A stretch of DNA of 64,000 bases from an uncultured Gammaproteobacteria bacterium (GTDB lineage Bacteria > Patescibacteriota > Microgenomatia > Levybacterales > GWA1-39-11). Shown piece by piece: positions 58,742 to 64,000 of the stretch. A model generated the notes under the pieces. It did not search any database and was not told the DNA's origin. It saw only the letters and a list, made by a program, of their open reading frames with translations. The translations under genes were made by a program, and so were the position numbers. The stretch spans positions 356,275-420,274 of the forward strand of contig CAYPEN010000001.1 in assembly GCA_964409875.1 (NCBI GenBank), written 5' to 3'. The stretch's first letter is position 1. Each line of letters begins with the position of its first letter.

Positions 58742-58828
58742 TTGAAAAAATTTTTGTCTAAGTTAATCGAGCTTTTTATTCCAAAACGTCCGGCTTACGT
58801 TCCGGTTCCTGTCAGGCGCCGCTATTAA
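58742..58828 (+). CDS. 28-aa small protein MKKFLSKLIELFIPKRPAYVPVPVRRRY
   Basis: SD AAAGGAGGTG ahead of TTG 58742; upstream TTGTAA-17-TATAGT promoter; below the ORF-track size cutoff. Confidence 0.6.
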   Translation: MKKFLSKLIELFIPKRPAYVPVPVRRRY

Positions 58829-59080
58829 GCCATCCTTTTCTACAAGAATGCCGTATATAGTATTTGATTAGTTAGTGCTTTTTTCCTCTCCTTAAATCTC
58901 ATCACTTTTTTATTTCAACAATCAATTGCAAATTCTTACATTCAAAAGGTTGACATAGCAATTCAATTTTGCTAAACTCCTGGCGTTTCCTCATAAGAAC
59001 TTAACATCTTTCTTACGAATTAATTACATCTTCATCGGCCAGAGGAAAGACTTATAGTTAACGTTTATTGGTCGCTACTC

Positions 59081-60379
59081 ATGAATGTTTCAATACGAAA
59101 ATACATCGATAAGCTCAACCATGCGCAAAAAGCTACGCTGGTTACCCAAATGCTAACTGGGGCTCTCTGTTTTCTATTTGCGCTTATTTTTGCAATCAAT
59201 CAATTTGCCCCTTCCTGGGCGCTTGGAAGTGCAATATTTGAAAACTCTGAAAAAATCACTTCATTGAAGGCAACACAGAAAAACGCGTATGAAGTTTTCG
59301 GTTTTGCTCCATATTGGACACTGGGAAAAATGGATAATGTAGATTTTGGAGTACTGACCACTTTAGCCTATTTTGGTGTTGGCGTAAATCCAGACGGGAC
59401 ACTTGATGAAAATTCTCCGGGATATTCTAAATTCTATTCAGACTTCGCAACTCAGCTTTTTCAAAAAGCACATCAGAATGGTACCCGCGTGGTTTTGACC
59501 GTAACTCAGATGGATGATGACACTATTTCAACTTTCCTTCAGGACGGTCAAGCTCAAAAAAGGGCCATCGAGTCAATAGTCTCAACAGTCAAGTCGCGTG
59601 GAATTGATGGGGTAAATGTAGATTTTGAATACGTTGGAACCACGGATGAGCAGATGAAGCACAATTTTTCCGGCTTTGTGTCAAGTCTCGCAAAAGAGCT
59701 CCACTCTTCCCTTTCCGGTTCATATATTACAGTTAGTGTGTATGCTTCATCAGCAAGCGGCAAAAAACTCTACGATTTACCGTCTCTTTCAAGCTCAACT
59801 GACGGTATTTTTATGATGGCCTACGATTTTGCTACCACTGGCTCGGATAATGCGATGCCTACGGCGCCATTATATGGATATAAAGAAGGGAAATATTGGT
59901 ACGACATATCAACGGCTGTATCGGATTTTTTGGCAAAGATGCCAAAGGAAAAGCTTATTTTGGGACTCCCGTGGTACGGATATGATTACCCTGTAGCTTC
60001 CCCAGCAGTTAAGGCGCAGAAGGATTATGGGTATTACTCATATTATTGGTACCGAGGCAGAAGGTACCGCACTTTCATCGGGCGAGAAGGTGCATATGCT
60101 GCAACATATGCATCGGCTAAAAGCGTAACGCCCGATATGCAAGGCTGGGATGAGGTTGCACAGGTTGGATGGGAAGCATATAAGAGTAACGATGGGTGGC
60201 GCATGATTTTTTTGGATGATGAACGTTCACTTGCAGTTAAATATGATTTTGCCAAGGAAAAAGGGCTTGGAGGCGTCGGCATGTGGGCTCTTGGATTTGA
60301 CGATGGAAAAACTGAACTTTGGCAACTTCTCGAAAGTAAATTCGGAAAGAAATTGGTTGCCAGCAATATTGTCCCTTAA
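59081..60379 (+). CDS. Glycoside hydrolase family 18 protein, N-terminal TM
   Basis: Catalytic DGVNVDFE, MAYD, KLILGLPWYG and GGVGMWALG motifs. Confidence 0.92.
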   Translation: MNVSIRKYIDKLNHAQKATLVTQMLTGALCFLFALIFAINQFAPSWALGSAIFENSEKITSLKATQKNAYEVFGFAPYWTLGKMDNVDFGVLTTLAYFGVGVNPDGTLDENSPGYSKFYSDFATQLFQKAHQNGTRVVLTVTQMDDDTISTFLQDGQAQKRAIESIVSTVKSRGIDGVNVDFEYVGTTDEQMKHNFSGFVSSLAKELHSSLSGSYITVSVYASSASGKKLYDLPSLSSSTDGIFMMAYDFATTGSDNAMPTAPLYGYKEGKYWYDISTAVSDFLAKMPKEKLILGLPWYGYDYPVASPAVKAQKDYGYYSYYWYRGRRYRTFIGREGAYAATYASAKSVTPDMQGWDEVAQVGWEAYKSNDGWRMIFLDDERSLAVKYDFAKEKGLGGVGMWALGFDDGKTELWQLLESKFGKKLVASNIVP

Positions 60380-60381
60380 AT

Positions 60382-61434
60382 ATGAAACATCACATAAAAG
60401 AACTATTTGTCCGTTTTGCCATTTTGGCCATACTTCTGTTGTCGGTCTTTGAATTACGGCAAAGTCTTGTCTCAACATTTTCCATGATTTCACCCCTACC
60501 AATTAAAGGAAGTTCTAAGGAAATATTTGAGAAAAAAGTGTTACCCCGCCTTACCGTTTACAAAAATAACTTTCATCTTATGCAAAATTTTTCGTTTATT
60601 CCAAGAGTTGAAGCGCAAGATTTATCTATCGATGCGCCTTCTTATCTTTTAGCCGACCTTGACACGGGAGAAGTGCTTTTTGAAAAAAATGGCAACAAGA
60701 AGCTACCTATTGCATCCCTTACAAAGATTATGTCTTCAATAGTTGCCCTTGATCTCGCAAAAAAAGATGACATTTACGTCGTCTCCGATAACGCTTCCAA
60801 AATAACACCGACAAGAATTGGCGTTATACCCCGTGAAGAAATGAAGATGCAAGAACTTTTGGAGGCGATGCTTATGACTTCTGCAAACGATGCAGCTGAG
60901 GTTTTAAAAGAAGGAATAGATGGGTACTATCAGGCTCCCGTTTTTGTTGAAGCCATGAATAAGAAAGCCCAACTATTGGGGCTCAAAAATACCCATTTTG
61001 AAAACCCGCAAGGATTTGATAGCTCAAGCAACTTTAGTAGTTCCGAAGACCTGGCAGTACTAATCCAATATGCGCTGAAAAACTACCCGTTCTTTTCTGA
61101 AACCGTGCAAAAAGACTATGGCTACCTACCTCAAAACAATCTTCATAAGCAATTTGACCTTCCGAATTGGAATGGGCTTATTGACGTCTATCCAGATGTT
61201 ATTGGGATAAAAATCGGAAATACTGATGCTGCTGGTATGACAACAGCTGTTGTATCAAAAAGAGGGGGAAAAAGACTTCTTGCCGTGGTCCTTGGTGCTA
61301 GGGATATTTTTGCAAGAGACTTGCAGGCAGCAACTCTACTTGACGAAGGATACATGAAAACTCTAGGGCTTGAAAAAGTCAATGTATCAAGGGAACAATT
61401 ACAACAGAAATATAATTCTTGGTATCAAAAGTAG
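60382..61434 (+). CDS. D-alanyl-D-alanine carboxypeptidase (peptidase S11)
   Basis: PIASLTKIM (SxxK), SAN (SxN), THFENPQG; third motif reads KIG rather than KTG. Confidence 0.9.
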   Translation: MKHHIKELFVRFAILAILLLSVFELRQSLVSTFSMISPLPIKGSSKEIFEKKVLPRLTVYKNNFHLMQNFSFIPRVEAQDLSIDAPSYLLADLDTGEVLFEKNGNKKLPIASLTKIMSSIVALDLAKKDDIYVVSDNASKITPTRIGVIPREEMKMQELLEAMLMTSANDAAEVLKEGIDGYYQAPVFVEAMNKKAQLLGLKNTHFENPQGFDSSSNFSSSEDLAVLIQYALKNYPFFSETVQKDYGYLPQNNLHKQFDLPNWNGLIDVYPDVIGIKIGNTDAAGMTTAVVSKRGGKRLLAVVLGARDIFARDLQAATLLDEGYMKTLGLEKVNVSREQLQQKYNSWYQK

Positions 61435-61497
61435 CTTCTTACAATTCTTTTTCACGCTTATCACCAATTCGATTTCTGGCCGCTGTATTCTACATGT

Positions 61498-63624
61498 GTG
61501 CAGATACGGACTTTCTTAAAAATTATCTTATTACTGTCATTCACTTTTTTTATTGGACTTGTCAGTTTTGTATATGTTTTCTTCGATCCTTATGTATCGT
61601 CTCCTCAGAGACTCCTTAATTACAAAGATAAGGGAATTATCCTTACCGATAGAAACAACGTGCCTTTTTACTATATTAATAACGCAAAGGATGACTCATA
61701 TGTACCATTAAATGAAATTTCTCCGTATTTGCCGAAAGCAATTATTACATCAGAGGACCGAAATTTCTATTATCACTTGGGCATTTCTGTGCAAGGCATA
61801 CTTCGCTCGACACTTCTCAATATACAGTCAGGCTCATTTTCATATGGAGGCTCTACAATAACGCAGCAATTGGTGAAGAATACACTCCTTTCCCCAAAAA
61901 AGAGCATCTCAAGAAAACTTGAGGAAGCAATTCTCGCTTTTGACATTGAGAGTAAGTATTCAAAAGATAAAATACTCGAAATGTATATGAATACAATCTA
62001 TTATGGAGATGGTGCGGTTGGTATAGAAGAAGCTTCAAAGCTATATTTCAATAAAAAACCTAAAGATTTAACTTTATCTGAAGCCTCGTATCTTGCCGGC
62101 ATGCTGAAGTTCCCCAGCTTACTCTCCCCTTATACAGGGGACATTGCCCGCGGTCAGCGTATACAAAAGCAGCTCATTGAAAATATGGAACGGGAGGGAA
62201 TTATCACTCCGCAGGAAAAAGACCAAGCTCTTAGTTCAAAAATCTCGTTTACAAAAGGGGATACCAAGTTCGCAAACGATGCGCCGCATTTTGCTCTCAT
62301 GGTAGAAGATAAATTAAAAGAAATGTACGGATCTGGCGTAGTGTATGAAGGGTTGAAGGTAAAAACGTCACTTGACCTTGAATGGCAGAAATATGCACAA
62401 AGCATTCTCAAAGCAGGAGTTGACAGTAATGCAGGGAATGGTGTTGGGAATGGGGCTGTAGTTGTGATGGATCCAAAAGATGGAGAGATATTAGTTCTTG
62501 TAGGAAGCAAAGATTGGTTCAATGAGCGCTATGGACGCGTAAATATGGCTACTTCCCCGCGCCAACCAGGATCATCCTTTAAACCTATTGTCTACTCGCT
62601 TGCGCTTGAGGCAGGCATAATAACGCCAGCTACAGTTCTCCAAGACAAGCCGACAAAATATATTCTTGACCCCAACTGCACTAGCCAGATAAGAAGCAAT
62701 TGTATTTATACGCCGCATGACTTTGATAACAGTTATAGAGGCCCTGTTACTGTCCGACGGGCCCTGGCCAACTCCCTGAATATTCCGGCAGTTGAGGTGA
62801 TGAATAGAGTCGGAATAGATGCAGTCCTTGAAAAAGCACCTGAATTCGGTATAACAACGCTTAAGGATAAGTCGTATTATGGAAAAGGTCTCTCTTTAGT
62901 ACTTGGAAGCGCTGAAGTTTCCCCTCTTCAAATGGCTGATGCATATGCAACGTTTGCAAATTTAGGGAACCGGCCGGATCCGGTTCTTGTACTTGAAGTA
63001 AGAGATAAATTTAATAATGTAAAATATTCCTACCAGCCTTCATTGCACCAGGTTATCTCACCCGAAGCTTCATATCTTATTACCTCTATTCTTTCTGATG
63101 AGAACGCAAGAAGAGAAGAATTCGGTTCGCTTCTGTCTACTCCCTTCAAAGCTGCTGTAAAAACAGGAACAACCGAAAATTTCCGCGATGCATGGACCAT
63201 AGGATATACACCGCGGATTGTAACAGCCGTATGGGTCGGCAATAATGATGCACGGCCAATATATAACCTTCCAGGCTCGCTTGCTGCGGCCCCTATCTGG
63301 AGAGAGCTTATGGAGAAATTTGTTCCGGCTACTTTCCGAGGTTTTCTAAAGCCTGATGGCATTGTCCAAGTACCTTATTGTGATAGCACGAGCTCCGGCT
63401 CGGCAAAGATGGAAGTCTTTATGCAAGGTACAGAACCGCAAGGCGATTGCACGAGACTGGCAAAAAGCCACAACAGACTCACTGATTTTTTCAATGGTGA
63501 TTCAGGTCATGAAGTTGAAACCGGAACACCTACGCCTACGCCTCAAGAGTCAATAACACCTACTCCTACCCCACCTGAAGCGTCACCAACACCTACACCC
63601 CAACACTCAGAAAATTCCGACTAG
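61498..63624 (+). CDS. Class A penicillin-binding protein (PBP1A family, transglycosylase plus transpeptidase)
   Basis: EDRNFYYH, GGSTITQQLVKN, RKLEE; RQPGSSFKP, SLN, KTGTT; Pro/Thr-rich tail. Confidence 0.95.
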   Translation: MQIRTFLKIILLLSFTFFIGLVSFVYVFFDPYVSSPQRLLNYKDKGIILTDRNNVPFYYINNAKDDSYVPLNEISPYLPKAIITSEDRNFYYHLGISVQGILRSTLLNIQSGSFSYGGSTITQQLVKNTLLSPKKSISRKLEEAILAFDIESKYSKDKILEMYMNTIYYGDGAVGIEEASKLYFNKKPKDLTLSEASYLAGMLKFPSLLSPYTGDIARGQRIQKQLIENMEREGIITPQEKDQALSSKISFTKGDTKFANDAPHFALMVEDKLKEMYGSGVVYEGLKVKTSLDLEWQKYAQSILKAGVDSNAGNGVGNGAVVVMDPKDGEILVLVGSKDWFNERYGRVNMATSPRQPGSSFKPIVYSLALEAGIITPATVLQDKPTKYILDPNCTSQIRSNCIYTPHDFDNSYRGPVTVRRALANSLNIPAVEVMNRVGIDAVLEKAPEFGITTLKDKSYYGKGLSLVLGSAEVSPLQMADAYATFANLGNRPDPVLVLEVRDKFNNVKYSYQPSLHQVISPEASYLITSILSDENARREEFGSLLSTPFKAAVKTGTTENFRDAWTIGYTPRIVTAVWVGNNDARPIYNLPGSLAAAPIWRELMEKFVPATFRGFLKPDGIVQVPYCDSTSSGSAKMEVFMQGTEPQGDCTRLAKSHNRLTDFFNGDSGHEVETGTPTPTPQESITPTPTPPEASPTPTPQHSENSD

Positions 63625-63652
63625 TGTTTTACAAAAAGTGTATACTTGAATT

Positions 63653-64000
63653 GTGAACACAAAAGAAAAAATTTTGACTTTTGAAAAAAAAGGGAAAACA
63701 AGCACAATTACGGTAAGCCACATTACAGTAAGACAGAGCATTTTTTTTCTTGTTCTAAAACTTCTTTTCCTTGAGCTCGTTGCTGCATGTGCAATTATCG
63801 GTTTTCATGTTTTTTTAACCTCATACTCAACCCGGCTATCTATAAACGCAAGCTTTTTTAACATTCCCGTTTTTGTAATTCTTGTGCTTCTGAAGACGGT
63901 TTTTATGATTTATGTGATAGTAACTTGGCTTGAGGAATATTACGAACTTACACCAACGGAAGTAATTCACAAAAAGGGTTTTCTTTTTCGGCAGGAAGAA
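63653..64000 (+). CDS. Membrane protein with probable bacterial PH domain (3'-truncated)
   Basis: GTG 63653, 6 nt below TATACT; open to window end; two TM segments then WLEEYYELTPTEVIHKKGFLFR. Confidence 0.7.
   Translation, partial: MNTKEKILTFEKKGKTSTITVSHITVRQSIFFLVLKLLFLELVAACAIIGFHVFLTSYSTRLSINASFFNIPVFVILVLLKTVFMIYVIVTWLEEYYELTPTEVIHKKGFLFRQEE

Overview
Chromosomal segment of a bacterium, most likely Patescibacteria/CPR (Microgenomates-like). The inference rests on a short trigger factor, a shortened PheT and ThrS, DUF5660/DUF5665-like genes and CCA-less tRNAs; TGA is used as stop. Positions 1-31563 are the 3' part of one giant gene (>10,500 aa, open from base 1) for a Thr/Gly/Asn/Ser-rich fibre-like surface protein. 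It has 16 Cys-pair-marked repeats, a LamG-like domain, two tandem peptidase-G2-like domains and a capsid-cement-like C-terminal domain. Convergent on it are a frameshifted DNRLRE-type gene, two paralogous ~820-aa membrane-anchored proteins and an O-antigen-ligase/TPR gene. Next come thrS-infC-rpmI-rplT-NUDIX-pheS-pheT, eight intact tRNA genes, tig and a spread of cell-wall genes (VanX-like, two glucosaminidase-like, GH18, Dac, class A PBP). The most notable unannotated signals are: (i) three consecutive orphan transcription units (48.1-50.5 kb), each with its own promoter, a leaderless 15-16 aa leader peptide and complete protector/antiterminator/terminator geometry, one leader aromatic-rich and two homologous to each other; (ii) degenerate, insertion-interrupted tRNA 'shadow' copies beside every tRNA cluster, often with GNA-triloop hairpins; (iii) pervasive leaderless gene starts; (iv) several small intergenic repeats. 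All family assignments are by motif recognition; no searches were run.
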